From Terriglobia bacterium (GTDB lineage: Bacteria > Acidobacteriota > Terriglobia > JAJPHL01), in the NCBI GenBank assembly GCA_021325275.1, contig JAJPHL010000035.1:54916-118915 (forward strand): DNA of 64,000 nt, written 5' to 3'. Position 1 is the stretch's first letter. The number at the start of each line of letters is the position of its first letter. This document shows, piece after piece, positions 26,681 through 37,051 of the stretch. Both the position numbers and the translations under genes were made by a program. The notes under the pieces were generated by a model. It saw only the letters and a list, made by a program, of their open reading frames with translations. It searched no databases and was not told where the DNA came from.

Positions 26681-28171
26681 ATGAAAACCAGATCTCTCCT
26701 GTTGCTCTGCGCCGCTTGCACGGCGGTCGCCTTCGCGCAGCCTCCCAACAACGCCAATCGTATCGGACTCTTCGAAGATCACGGCGACATCGGCGCCGTG
26801 CTGCATAAAGGATCGTCGGAATACGACGCGGCGGTGAACAAGTACACGCTCACCGGCAGCGGCGAGAATGTCTGGGCCACTTCGGACGCCATGCAGTTCG
26901 CGTGGCGCCGCGTGGCGGGCGGGGACGTGACCATGTCGGCGGAAATCGCCTTCGCCAACTCGGGCGGCGAGCATCACAAGAAAGCCATGCTGATGATCCG
27001 GCAATCGCTCGACCCCGACTCCGCGTACGTCGACGCCGTGCTGCACGGCAATGGTCTGGTGTCGCTGCAAATGCGCGACGCCAAGGGCGCGGTGACGCAT
27101 CAAATAGAAGAAACTTCCACCGGCGCGAAGCGCCTGAGCATCCGCAAAATCGGATCGTACTTCGTGCTGATGCTTTCCAACAGCGCGGAAGAACTGCGTC
27201 CCGCGGGCGGGGCTTTTCGGCTGGTGCTACAAGAGCCCTTCTACGTGGGCATTGGCGTCTGCGCGCACAACAAAGACGCCAGTGAAACGGCCACGTTCCG
27301 CAACATGGAGTTGAGTGTGCGCACTCCCAAACTGTACAGCACGCTGGAGACAATGTCGGTGCCCGGTGGCGATCGCCAAGTGGTCTACGTGGTTGACAGC
27401 CGTATCGAAGCGCCGAACTGGACGCACGACGGAAAATGGCTGCTCTTCAATGGCAACGGCCGCTTGCAGAAGATTTCCCCCGATCCTGCGGCGGGCGCGA
27501 AGCCGGAAATGGTCGACACCGGATTCGCGAATCGCTTGAACAACGATCATGGGCTCTCGCCCGACGGCGCCATGCTGGCCTTCAGCGACAATTCGCAAGA
27601 GGACAAGCATTCTCTCGTGTACACGATGCCGTTATCGGGCGGCACGCCGAAGCGCATCACCAAAGAATCGCCGTCGTATTGGCACGGATGGTCGCCGGAC
27701 GGAAAAACGCTGGTCTATGCGGCGGTGCGCAACAACGATTTCGACGTTTTCTCCATCTCTGCCGATGGCGGCGAAGAAAAACGGCTCACGTCCACGCCCG
27801 GCACCGACGACGGTCCCGAATTCACGCCCGACGGCAAATACATTTACTTCAACTCCGAGCGCACCGGTCACATGCAAATCTGGCGGATGAAACCCGACGG
27901 CAGCGAGCAGGAGCAAGTCACCAACGACGAATACAACAATTGGTTTCCGCACTTTTCTCCCGACGGAAAAACGCTGGTGATGCTCAGCTACGAGCCGGAA
28001 GTCACCGGGCATCCGGAGAACAAAGATGTGCTGCTGCGGCTGATGAACGTGAACGACAAGAAAATCACCGTACTCACGCGCTTGTTCGGCGGACAAGGAA
28101 CTATCAACGTACCGTCGTGGTCGCCCGATGGAAAACGGATCGCCTTCGTCAGCTATCAACTGATACCCTAG
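26681..28171 (+). CDS. Secreted protein with N-terminal uncharacterised domain and C-terminal TolB-like WD40 beta-propeller
   Basis: Signal peptide MKTRSLLLLCAACTAVAFAQ. Five C-terminal repeats of the type SPDG..L.F....DVF/IW (LSPDGAMLAF, WSPDGKTLVY, FTPDGKYIYF, FSPDGKTLVM, WSPDGKRIAF). Confidence 0.7.
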   Translation: MKTRSLLLLCAACTAVAFAQPPNNANRIGLFEDHGDIGAVLHKGSSEYDAAVNKYTLTGSGENVWATSDAMQFAWRRVAGGDVTMSAEIAFANSGGEHHKKAMLMIRQSLDPDSAYVDAVLHGNGLVSLQMRDAKGAVTHQIEETSTGAKRLSIRKIGSYFVLMLSNSAEELRPAGGAFRLVLQEPFYVGIGVCAHNKDASETATFRNMELSVRTPKLYSTLETMSVPGGDRQVVYVVDSRIEAPNWTHDGKWLLFNGNGRLQKISPDPAAGAKPEMVDTGFANRLNNDHGLSPDGAMLAFSDNSQEDKHSLVYTMPLSGGTPKRITKESPSYWHGWSPDGKTLVYAAVRNNDFDVFSISADGGEEKRLTSTPGTDDGPEFTPDGKYIYFNSERTGHMQIWRMKPDGSEQEQVTNDEYNNWFPHFSPDGKTLVMLSYEPEVTGHPENKDVLLRLMNVNDKKITVLTRLFGGQGTINVPSWSPDGKRIAFVSYQLIP

Positions 28172-28178
28172 CAAGCGC

Positions 28179-30134
28179 GTGCGATTCACCATTCTCTTCC
28201 TCGCGGTAGCGGCCGTCGGGCAAACACCCGACTCTTCAATCAACGCGGGCCGCGTCACATTCGAAAAAAGCTGCGGCAAGTGTCACGGCGGCGACGGCAA
28301 CGGCGGCGAAATGGGTCCCGCGATTCTCTATCGCCTGCCGGCGCGCAACGACTCGGAACTCGCCGTGCTAATCCGCGCAGGACTCCCTGAGCGCGGCATG
28401 CCGCCGGTGCCCATTGCCGAGGCCGACATGCCGGCGCTGGTGCGTTTTCTGCGCACCATTCAACGCGCCGATCGTCCCGTGGTTCGGAGAAAAGTAACGC
28501 TCGCCGGCGGATTGTCGCTGGAAGGCGAAGTGCTCAATGAAGGTGTCAACGATTTGCAGCTTCGCACCGACGATCATCGCGTGCATCTATTGCGCCGCGC
28601 GGCCAACCAGACTTTCCGCCAAGTCACATCGGAGCACGATTGGCCCAACTACGACGGCGTGCCCGGTGGAAATCGTTACACGTCGATGACCGAGATCAAC
28701 AAATCCACCGTCGGGCATCTCTCGCCTGCGTGGATGTTCAATATTCCGAACGGTGGACACTTGCAGGGAACTCCGGCTGTCTCGGGCGGAATCATGTACG
28801 TGACGGTGGCCAACGAGTGCTACGCGCTCGACGCGGGTACCGGACGCATGATCTGGCACTTCCGGCGCAAATCGACGCGCGGACCCACCGAAGCCACCGG
28901 CGGCGCGACAAATAGAGGGGCTGTTGTGGCCGGTGACCGCGTCTTCATGGACACCGACGAAGCGCACATCATCGCCTTGGATCGTTTCACAGGCTGGCTT
29001 CTCTGGGAAACGACCATCGCCGACTGGCGAGAGAATTACTTCACAACTTCCGCGCCGCAAATCGCGGGGAATTTCGTGTTGACCGGAGTGGCAGGCGGCG
29101 AGCACGGGTCCAACGGATTTGTCGCGGCCTTCGAGCAATCCACCGGCCGCGAGGTCTGGCGGTTTTGGACCGTCCCGAAACCCGGCGACCCGCAATCCGA
29201 AACATGGCGCGGCATCGATCTCGCGCATGGCGGCGCGCCGACTTGGTTCACCGGTACCTACGATCCGGAGCTCGACGTCGTTTATTGGCCGGCGGGAAAT
29301 CCCAGCAAGGAATACAACGGCGACGAGCGCGCGGGCGACAATCTCTACTCCGATTCTCTGCTGGCGCTCGATCGCAAGACGGGAAAGTTGAAATGGTATT
29401 ACCAATTCACGCCGCACGATTTGTGGGATTGGGATGCCACGGAAACTTCGGTCCTGGTGAATGCCGAATGGCAAGGACGCCCGAGCAAACTGCTACTCCA
29501 CGCCGATCGCAATGGATTTTTCTACGTCTTCGATCGCGCCACCGGCGAATTGCTGCTCTGGAAACCGTTTGTGAAAAAACTCACCTGGGCCAGCGGCATC
29601 GACGCGCAAGGACGTCCGGTGAAAAATCCCAACCAGGAGCCGACCAAGGAAGGCACGCTCGTTTGTCCGTCGCAGGACGGCGCGACGAATTGGTTTTCGC
29701 CGTCGTTCAATCCCGCAACGGGTCTGTACTACGTCCAGACGTTCGAGAAATGCAGCGTCTACACCAAACGCGACGGCGACGTTTGGGAAGCCGGCAAACT
29801 GTATCTCGGCGGATCCCAGCGCACCGCGGAGGAATTGCAGCCGGAACGCGTCTTGAAAGCGATCGATATTCACACCGGCGCGATCGCCTGGGAACTGCCG
29901 CAGCCGGGATCGGCGAATTCCTGGGGAGGCACGCTCGCGACCGCCAGCGGTCTGGTGATTTTTGCCGAGGAAAGCGGAGCGCTCGCCGCGGCCGACGCCG
30001 TGTCGGGCAAACTGCTATGGAGTTTCCCAGTGAATGCGGGATGGCGCGCGTCGCCGATGACGTACATGTTCGACGGCAAGCAATACATCGCCATCGCCGC
30101 GGGACCGGATATCATTTCATTTGCATTGAGGTAA
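28179..30134 (+). CDS. Cytochrome c domain fused to a PQQ-dependent dehydrogenase-like eight-bladed beta-propeller
   Basis: N-terminal haem-binding CGKCHG (CxxCH) and a later Met ligand region (GMPPVP). Then PQQ-propeller features (W-motif repeats, DAGTGRMIWHF, DRKTGKLKWYY, DAVSGKLLWSF). Confidence 0.65.
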   Translation: MRFTILFLAVAAVGQTPDSSINAGRVTFEKSCGKCHGGDGNGGEMGPAILYRLPARNDSELAVLIRAGLPERGMPPVPIAEADMPALVRFLRTIQRADRPVVRRKVTLAGGLSLEGEVLNEGVNDLQLRTDDHRVHLLRRAANQTFRQVTSEHDWPNYDGVPGGNRYTSMTEINKSTVGHLSPAWMFNIPNGGHLQGTPAVSGGIMYVTVANECYALDAGTGRMIWHFRRKSTRGPTEATGGATNRGAVVAGDRVFMDTDEAHIIALDRFTGWLLWETTIADWRENYFTTSAPQIAGNFVLTGVAGGEHGSNGFVAAFEQSTGREVWRFWTVPKPGDPQSETWRGIDLAHGGAPTWFTGTYDPELDVVYWPAGNPSKEYNGDERAGDNLYSDSLLALDRKTGKLKWYYQFTPHDLWDWDATETSVLVNAEWQGRPSKLLLHADRNGFFYVFDRATGELLLWKPFVKKLTWASGIDAQGRPVKNPNQEPTKEGTLVCPSQDGATNWFSPSFNPATGLYYVQTFEKCSVYTKRDGDVWEAGKLYLGGSQRTAEELQPERVLKAIDIHTGAIAWELPQPGSANSWGGTLATASGLVIFAEESGALAAADAVSGKLLWSFPVNAGWRASPMTYMFDGKQYIAIAAGPDIISFALR

Positions 30135-30138
30135 TCCG

Positions 30139-32136
30139 ATGAAGCCACTTGTCGCTCTCACCAGCCTGCTGGTTGCCGCCGCGCTCGGCGCGCAGAGTTC
30201 GTATTTCATGTACGTCGGCACGTTCACGCGCACCGGCAGCAAGGGAATTTACGCGTTCCGCTATAACCCCAGCGATGGCAAAGCGACGCCGATGGGTTTG
30301 GCCGCCGAAGCTTCGAATCCCACGTTTCTCGCCGTGCATCCGAATCACCGATTCTTGTACGCGGTGAATGAAGACAACGAATATCAAGGCCAGCCGGCCG
30401 GAAGCGTCAGCGCGTATGCGATCAACTCGGCGACGGGCGCGTTGAAGTTGCTGAACCGCGTGTCGTCGAAAGGCACAGGACCATGCCACGTCTCGCTCGA
30501 TCACACCGCGAAGTGGCTCTTCGTGTCCAACTACGCCGGCGGCAGCGTCGCCGTGTATCCGGTTCACGACGATGGATCCCTCGGCGAAGCCACGGCGTTT
30601 TTTCAACACGCCGGGAAAAGCGCGCATCCGCAGCGGCAGTCGGGACCGCATGCACACGAAGCGATCATCGCGCCCGACAATCGGCGCGTGCTGGTCGCCG
30701 ATCTCGGTCTCGACGAAGTTTTGAGCTACAAGCTCGATCGCACGGCCGGCCTTGTGCCCGATACGCCGCCGTTTACGAAAGTCGCGCCGGGCACGGGACC
30801 GCGTCACTTGGTTTTCAGCGCCAACGGACAATTCGTTTACTCGCTGAACGAACTGGCCTCCAACATCATCGTCTTTCGCTACGACGCTGCGTCGGGTGCG
30901 CTCAGCGAAGTACAGACGATCACGACTTTGCCCAAGGAATTTACGGGAACCAATTCGACGGCCGAAATCGAGTTGCCTCCTAGCGGCAAATTCCTTTACG
31001 CGTCAAATCGAGGGGCCGATTCGATTGCCAGTTTCGCCATCGACACAACCACCGGCAAGCTGACACCCCTCGGTTGGACGGCGACGCGCGGAAAAACGCC
31101 GCGCAATTTCGCACTCGATCCCACAGGATCGTTCTTGATCGCCGCGAATCAGGACACCAATAACTTGGTGATGTTTCGCGTCGACCGCGCCACCGGTGCG
31201 CTCTCACCCACCGGCGACACCTTCGCCGTGCCCGCGCCTGTGTCGATCGTTTTCGCTGCGGCAATCGAGCCGCCGCCGCCCGCGGCAACCAACCCGCCGG
31301 GACGCGCCGCGGAAATCCGTTTGTGGCCGAACGGCGCGCCAGGATTCGAGAATCTCGCGGCCCCGGAAGTGTCGCGGCCGTCGACCACGCCGAAATATGC
31401 GGGACTCGCCGCGAACTACACGGTCACGCATGACCCATCGATCTTCGTTTTCCTGCCGCCGAAGGAAAAAGCCACGGGCGCGGCGGTGGTGGTCGCGCCG
31501 GGCGGCGGTCACACACAAGTGGTGATCGAAAAAGAAGGTTGGGAAATCGCCGACTGGCTGAACTCGCAAGGCATCGCCGCGTTCGTGCTGAAGTATCGAC
31601 TGGCGCGCGCGCCGGGATCGCCGTATACGATCGCCAAAGAGGCGCACGCCGACGCCGTGCGCTCAATGCGCCTGGTGCGGAGTCACGCGAAGGAATGGGG
31701 AATCGATCCCGCGCGCATCGGCTTCATGGGATTTTCCGCGGGCGGCGAGATTGCCGGAATGATGGAGGCGAAATTCGACGCGGGTAACAGCGCGGCGGCG
31801 GACGCGATCGAACGCGCCAGTTCGCGTCCCGATTTCAACGTGCTCGTGTATCCCGCGTATCGTCCCGGCGCCAATCCGGCATCGCCCGACGCCGCGCTGT
31901 TTCCGATACCGGCCAATGCGCCGCCGGCGTTTCTGATCTGCGCCGACGACGATCGCTCGCACGTGGAAGCGACCGCGCGACTCTATCTCGAACTCGAGGC
32001 GCAGAAGATTCCTTCGGAAATGCACATCTACGCGTCGGGCGGCCACGGCTTCGCCCTGCGTCAGTCGCCGAAACCGGTGAGCGGCTGGCCGGAGCGTTTG
32101 AAGGAATGGTTCGCAGAGAGAGGAATTTCAAAATAG
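30139..32136 (+). CDS. Lactonase (7-bladed beta-propeller, 6-phosphogluconolactonase/PF10282-like) fused to a C-terminal alpha/beta-hydrolase esterase domain
   Basis: N-terminal YVGTF...[27 protein letters not shown] lactonase hallmarks. C-terminal VVVAPGGGH..., [13 protein letters not shown] (GxSxG), [14 protein letters not shown]. Confidence 0.7.
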   Translation: MKPLVALTSLLVAAALGAQSSYFMYVGTFTRTGSKGIYAFRYNPSDGKATPMGLAAEASNPTFLAVHPNHRFLYAVNEDNEYQGQPAGSVSAYAINSATGALKLLNRVSSKGTGPCHVSLDHTAKWLFVSNYAGGSVAVYPVHDDGSLGEATAFFQHAGKSAHPQRQSGPHAHEAIIAPDNRRVLVADLGLDEVLSYKLDRTAGLVPDTPPFTKVAPGTGPRHLVFSANGQFVYSLNELASNIIVFRYDAASGALSEVQTITTLPKEFTGTNSTAEIELPPSGKFLYASNRGADSIASFAIDTTTGKLTPLGWTATRGKTPRNFALDPTGSFLIAANQDTNNLVMFRVDRATGALSPTGDTFAVPAPVSIVFAAAIEPPPPAATNPPGRAAEIRLWPNGAPGFENLAAPEVSRPSTTPKYAGLAANYTVTHDPSIFVFLPPKEKATGAAVVVAPGGGHTQVVIEKEGWEIADWLNSQGIAAFVLKYRLARAPGSPYTIAKEAHADAVRSMRLVRSHAKEWGIDPARIGFMGFSAGGEIAGMMEAKFDAGNSAAADAIERASSRPDFNVLVYPAYRPGANPASPDAALFPIPANAPPAFLICADDDRSHVEATARLYLELEAQKIPSEMHIYASGGHGFALRQSPKPVSGWPERLKEWFAERGISK

Positions 32137-32246
32137 GCGCGGAGGCTAGTCCCGACGGCGCGCCTGCACAACTGCGCACCGCAACCAGACACTCGCGCGA
32201 TTTCCTTCGTGGTAGCATCCTGCTGTTAACAAACGGAGGTTCACCC

Positions 32247-33305
32247 ATGTCTCTTGCGAGCAGATTCTTCTTCCTGGCCGCGGCCGCGTTGGCGGTCGGA
32301 ACAGTCGTCGCCATCGCGCAACCTGTCGTACTCTCAGGCGTTCCCTGCGCCACGCCCACGTATCTGCACTGCCCGGACGAAGGTTGCTCAAGCGCCATCG
32401 TCATCAATCAAGGACCGGCCGTGGAAATGAAAACGCGCCGGACGTATTTCATCGACTATCCGTGCGACCTCCAAAAGGGCGAGAAGGTTACCTTCATCCT
32501 GGCGCTGCACGGCGCGGGATCGTACGGCAACTGGCAGCGGAATTATTTTCCCCTGATGGATTACAAAGAAAAATACCGTCTGGTGATCGCCACGCCGAAT
32601 TCGCCCACGCATGTGTGGTCGCAGGCCGACGACGAATACTTGCAAAACATCGTGACGTCGGTGGTGGATCAACTCGGCAAGCAGAACATCAAGGCGTTCT
32701 GGCTGGTCGGACACTCCCAAGGCGGCATGACCTCGAATCGCATCGTGCGCACGCCGTTCTTCGAGGAGCGCGTCGACGGATGGCTCAGTCTTTCGGGCGG
32801 CCGACTCGGCGGAAATCCTGGACGCGCGGGAAGTTTCGGCGCTGGACGCGCCACCGCAACCGCGGCAGCGGCAACTCCCGCCGCCGCGACTATGGCGCAA
32901 GCGATGGCGGCGCTACGCGAAGCGCCGTCGAACGAGTTTTCCTTCATTTACGAAACGGGACAGCGCGAAATGGACGACAAGGGAATGCCGGAATCGTCCG
33001 AATGGGCCAAGAAGCTTGGCTGCGGCGCGCGTGGCGCCTCGCGCGAAGTCGTCGATACGAAAGCGGGCTATGTTTTCGATAGCACGCGCCAGAATCCGCC
33101 GAATCCTTCTTGGGGATTGCAGCCCGCGCCGGGCAAAGCGATGGTCACCGCGTACGAAGGATGTAAGGACGGACGTGTGGTTGCCGACGTGGTGCGCATC
33201 GACAAAGGACACACCGAGGGACTCGAACCGCATGTCACCGAGGAACTCGTGAAGTTGTTGGTGAGCGCGAAAGGTGGGAAGGTCACGGCCATGCACGGAG
33301 AGTAA
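32247..33305 (+). CDS. Secreted alpha/beta-hydrolase (esterase / PHB-depolymerase-like)
   Basis: Signal peptide [18 protein letters not shown] after a [20 protein letters not shown] oxyanion region and GHSQGG nucleophile elbow. Confidence 0.65.
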   Translation: MSLASRFFFLAAAALAVGTVVAIAQPVVLSGVPCATPTYLHCPDEGCSSAIVINQGPAVEMKTRRTYFIDYPCDLQKGEKVTFILALHGAGSYGNWQRNYFPLMDYKEKYRLVIATPNSPTHVWSQADDEYLQNIVTSVVDQLGKQNIKAFWLVGHSQGGMTSNRIVRTPFFEERVDGWLSLSGGRLGGNPGRAGSFGAGRATATAAAATPAAATMAQAMAALREAPSNEFSFIYETGQREMDDKGMPESSEWAKKLGCGARGASREVVDTKAGYVFDSTRQNPPNPSWGLQPAPGKAMVTAYEGCKDGRVVADVVRIDKGHTEGLEPHVTEELVKLLVSAKGGKVTAMHGE

Positions 33306-33315
33306 CTCGGAAAAA

Positions 33316-33392
33316 AGCAACCGCCGATGAACGCAGATAAACGCAGATGAAGCATCGGTTTTATCCGCGTTCATCTGCGTTCATCTGCGGTT
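33316..33392. repeat. REP-like palindromic element, family A copy 2
   Basis: GCAACCGCCGATGAACGCAGATAAACGCAGATGAAGC ... GCGTTCATCTGCGTTCATCTGCGGTTG. Lies between the convergent esterase and degP genes. Confidence 0.8.
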
Positions 33393-33403
33393 GGGTTTCG
33401 TTC

Positions 33404-34918
33404 TTACACCGCCAAGAACATGGTCTGCCCGTGGCGATTCACAAGCAGCACCGGCTCATCGCCTGCACTGTGCATCGCTTGACGGAACTGCGAGACCGTC
33501 GTCACCGGCTTGCGATTCACTTCTTGAATCACGTCACCGGACCGCAAGCCCGCCGCCGCCGCTTGGCTTGAGGGACTCACGTCGGTTACAACCACTCCGG
33601 TGGTTCCCGAAGCGACTCCCGCCTGCCGGCGAGTCTGCGCGTCGAGAGTCTCCACCGAAATGCCTTGCACCGAAGCGCTGTCCGCCGACTCGTTGTCACC
33701 ACCACGCCGGCCCGGACGTTCGTTGCTGGCTTGTTCTTCTTTGTTCGGATACTCGGCCAAGCGCACGCTCAAGTCGCGCTCCGATCCGTTGCGCAGCACG
33801 CGCAGTTTCACGGTGGCGCCCGGTTCCATCATCGAGATCGTGTTGCGCAGGGTGTTGCCGTCGAGCACCGCTTTGCCGTTCACGTCGAGAATGATGTCGC
33901 CCTTCTCGACTCCCGCTTTGATCGCGGGGCCATCGGGGCTGACGTCGCCGACCAGCGCTCCGGTCATACCGTGCGCACCAAACGATTTCGCAATCGCCGG
34001 CGTTACGTCCTGCGCCATCACGCCGAGATACGCGCGCGTGACTTTGCCGTTCTTCAAGATGGCGTCCATCACCGTGCGCGCCAAATTCACGGGCACGGCA
34101 AATCCGATGCCGTGGCTCGCGCCTTCGCCGCCGCCGGTGACGATCGCCGTGTTAATGCCGATCAACTCGCCGCGATCGTTGATGAGCGCGCCGCCCGAGT
34201 TACCGGGATTGATCGGCGCGTCGGTCTGCAGAAAGTCCTCGTAATCTTCGATGCCCAATCCGCCGCGGCCCATCGCGCTAATGATGCCGCTGGTCACCGT
34301 TTGACCCACGCCGAAGGGATCGCCCATGGCGAGCGCCGTGTCGCCGATTTGCACTTTCGACGAATCGCCGAGAGTCATCACCGGCAAATTCGACGCGTCA
34401 ATCTTCAGCACCGCGACGTCGGTCTTCGAGTCGGTGCCGATGACGCGCGCCTTGAACTCGCGCTTGTCGCCGAGGGTGACGCGCACGTCGGTGGCGCCAT
34501 CGACAACGTGATTGTTCGTGAGAATGTAGCCCTCGGGGCTCACGATGACGCCCGAGCCGAGGCTCTGTTCACGCCGTTCGCGCGGAATGGTAAAACGCCC
34601 GTTGTTACCTTGTTCGCCGAAGAATTGGCGGAAGAGCTCGTCCATTGGGACTTCGCCGTTGCCGCCTCGCTGCATTTTCACGACCTTCGAGGAAGAAATG
34701 TTGACGACCGCAGGAAGCGCACGCTTCACGATGGGCGCGAAAGTTGCGCGCGCCGGTCCTTCGTTCGCGTCGGCGAGTTTAAATGTCGCCGGAGGATTCT
34801 TCGCGAGCTCACGGCCCGCTTGGGTTACGCCCGCAACCGCTGCCCCTCCCAACACAAATGCCAACGCGGCGCTCAAAGCCAAATGCTTCGCGCCGCTCGA
34901 TACAGGATGGAAATTCAT
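33404..34918 (-). CDS. degP: Periplasmic serine endoprotease DegP/HtrA family with two PDZ domains
   Basis: Catalytic triad context TNNHVVDGA, D, GNSGGALIN; two PDZ regions; signal peptide. Confidence 0.9.
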   Translation of the reverse strand: MNFHPVSSGAKHLALSAALAFVLGGAAVAGVTQAGRELAKNPPATFKLADANEGPARATFAPIVKRALPAVVNISSSKVVKMQRGGNGEVPMDELFRQFFGEQGNNGRFTIPRERREQSLGSGVIVSPEGYILTNNHVVDGATDVRVTLGDKREFKARVIGTDSKTDVAVLKIDASNLPVMTLGDSSKVQIGDTALAMGDPFGVGQTVTSGIISAMGRGGLGIEDYEDFLQTDAPINPGNSGGALINDRGELIGINTAIVTGGGEGASHGIGFAVPVNLARTVMDAILKNGKVTRAYLGVMAQDVTPAIAKSFGAHGMTGALVGDVSPDGPAIKAGVEKGDIILDVNGKAVLDGNTLRNTISMMEPGATVKLRVLRNGSERDLSVRLAEYPNKEEQASNERPGRRGGDNESADSASVQGISVETLDAQTRRQAGVASGTTGVVVTDVSPSSQAAAAGLRSGDVIQEVNRKPVTTVSQFRQAMHSAGDEPVLLVNRHGQTMFLAV

Positions 34919-35042
34919 AAGGTTGTCTCCTTCATATTGGTTGCCTTTTCTTGGCCTTCCATTGCGATAGACGTGTCAGGCGGAGGTCGGCTTATCCCGG
35001 CGAGTAGGGATAAGCGGCCGGGGAAAGTAGGTATTCTTGGCG

Positions 35043-35705
35043 TTACGAAATGATGCCCTTGCGGACAGCGTAAAGGATCAGCTCGGGGATTCCGCGCAGA
35101 TTCAGCTTTTTCATAATGCTGGCGCGGTGCGTCTCCACCGTGTAGACAGAGAGATGCAGCAGGTCGGCAATTTCTTTGTTCGATTTTCCTTCAGCCACCA
35201 GTTGCAGAATCTGGCGCTCGCGCGGCGAAAGCAGTTCGAAGGAGTCTTCCGCGCCGGTGCGTTGCAGCTTGCGCATGTAATCTTCGAGCAGAACTTTGCT
35301 CACCGCCGGGCTGAAATACGATTTTCCCGCGACCACCGCGCGCACCGCGCGCACCAGATCGGCTTCGGCGGAGTCTTTCAGCAAATACGATCGCGCGCCC
35401 GCGCGAAGCGCGCGCAAAATGTAACCTTCGTCCGAGTGCATGCTGAGGATGACGATGGCGATCTCGGGAAATCGCGCGCTCACTTGCCGGCTGGCTTCGA
35501 TTCCGTTCAAGTTGGGCATGCCGATGTCCATCACGAGAACATTGGGCTTCAGTTTTTCCGCGAGGCCGACCGCTTCGCGGCCGTCGCCCGCTTCGCCGAC
35601 AACGCGCAATCCTTCCTGCTGCTCCAACACCAACCGCAGTCCGGCGCGCATCACCACGTGATCGTCGGCCAGCACAATTCGGATTGGATTTAGTTCCGGC
35701 ATCAC
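35043..35705 (-). CDS. Two-component response regulator, NarL/FixJ family (REC + LuxR-type HTH)
   Basis: Phospho-acceptor region IVLADDHVVMRAGL...VLVMDIGMP; C-terminal LSPRERQILQLVAEGKSNKEIA. Confidence 0.9.
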   Translation of the reverse strand: MMPELNPIRIVLADDHVVMRAGLRLVLEQQEGLRVVGEAGDGREAVGLAEKLKPNVLVMDIGMPNLNGIEASRQVSARFPEIAIVILSMHSDEGYILRALRAGARSYLLKDSAEADLVRAVRAVVAGKSYFSPAVSKVLLEDYMRKLQRTGAEDSFELLSPRERQILQLVAEGKSNKEIADLLHLSVYTVETHRASIMKKLNLRGIPELILYAVRKGIIS

Positions 35706-37033
35706 GCTGCGGGCAGCGGCAACACGGCGCGGACGATGGTGCCCGCGCCGGCCTGCGAGTCGATGGTGAGCGTTCCGCCTAAATCTTTCACGCGCTCGCC
35801 CATCCCGACGAGTCCCAAGCCGCGCGTGTGGGGATCGAACCCGCGGCCGTCGTCTTGCACACTGACGCTCAACTGATCGTGAGCAAGCTGCACGTCGATT
35901 CTCGCATGCGACGCACCGGAATGCCGCGACACGTTGTGCAGCGCTTCCTGCACCACGCGATAAACGCAGGTACGGTAGGAATCAGGCAACAAATTGTCGG
36001 GAATATCCTCGGCGAAAACCTCCACTTCCGCCGTGCCTTGCCGCGAAACTTCGCGCGCTTGCCATTCGAGCGCGGGAATCAGTCCTAGATCGTCGAGCAT
36101 CGAGGGACGAAGCAACAGCGCCATACTGCGCACCGATTGGATCACGTGTTCCGCTTCGCCCTTGATCTTGCCCACCAGCGTGCCCGCTTGTTCTTCGCTC
36201 GGAACCAGCGCCGAGAGGCGGCCGACGTCGACCAGCAACGATCCCAGCGATTGTCCGATTTCGTCGTGCAACTCGCGGGACAGCGCCTTCCGCTCGGACT
36301 CCTGCGTTTCCACGAGGCGGGCCGAAAGCTTCTTCAGTTCGCTGCGATTCTCCGAGATTTCGAGATAGCGCAACTGCGCCTCGCGCTGCAATTTCAAAAT
36401 GTACGCGAGACTTCCCAGCGCGATCATCAATCCCGACGCCAGCGCGACAGCCAGCAACAGCAAGCTTCGGGCGCGCAGCGACCCAAAACGTTCCTCGAGC
36501 ACGCTATCGTTTTGATGGAGCGCGCCGGCGTTGAGCGCCTGCAGACCTTGCGCGGACGCCAGCACTGTGTCGCCGTCGGCGGCCAGCAATTGTTGTATCG
36601 CGGCGGCGCGCTTGCTAGGATCGTTGCCCAGCGCCGATTGCATCGCCGCACGATGGCGCGCCAGGGTGACGTAGATGCGCCGCAAAACGATTTCTTCGTC
36701 GGATGTCAGTGGATGCGGGTAATGCTCGACGACTTCGACAACTTGCGTGACTTCGGGGAGTTCCTTTTTCTGTTGCTCCTGCTCGGCGGCGGTGGCCGCT
36801 AATTCGCGGCGCGCTTTCACGGCGTAATCGCGATACGCGGTGCTGATCTGCTCGGCCATGCGCATGCGCTGCGCGTAGTCGGATTGTACGCGCTGGTGTT
36901 CTGCATTCAGCTCGCCAAGCAGTCGCATGACCTCCCAGCCGGACCCAACCATCAGCAGCAACATGGCGCCGAAGGCGCAGAACAGCACCAGTTTCAGGCG
37001 CCGGACGCGGCGATCGCCAAGATCTTCCGCCAT
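35702..37033 (-). CDS. Sensor histidine kinase (HisKA_3 / NarX-like) with TM segments and HATPase_c
   Basis: H-box RELHDEIGQSLGSLL; ATPase motifs DDGRGF and GLGLVGMGERV. 4-nt overlap with the response regulator gene. Confidence 0.85.
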   Translation of the reverse strand: MAEDLGDRRVRRLKLVLFCAFGAMLLLMVGSGWEVMRLLGELNAEHQRVQSDYAQRMRMAEQISTAYRDYAVKARRELAATAAEQEQQKKELPEVTQVVEVVEHYPHPLTSDEEIVLRRIYVTLARHRAAMQSALGNDPSKRAAAIQQLLAADGDTVLASAQGLQALNAGALHQNDSVLEERFGSLRARSLLLLAVALASGLMIALGSLAYILKLQREAQLRYLEISENRSELKKLSARLVETQESERKALSRELHDEIGQSLGSLLVDVGRLSALVPSEEQAGTLVGKIKGEAEHVIQSVRSMALLLRPSMLDDLGLIPALEWQAREVSRQGTAEVEVFAEDIPDNLLPDSYRTCVYRVVQEALHNVSRHSGASHARIDVQLAHDQLSVSVQDDGRGFDPHTRGLGLVGMGERVKDLGGTLTIDSQAGAGTIVRAVLPLPAA

Positions 37034-37051
37034 GCTTCTATTTTAAATCGG

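Noticed and set aside
26164-26757. Minus-strand 197-aa ORF with LAFGFALALGLAF repeats, and the 290-aa ORF at 26231-27103.
   Set aside because: They are antisense readings of the lysine-repeat region of the histone-like gene and of the TolB-like gene start. The hydrophobic-repeat appearance is an artefact of the complement of AAG/GCC repeats.
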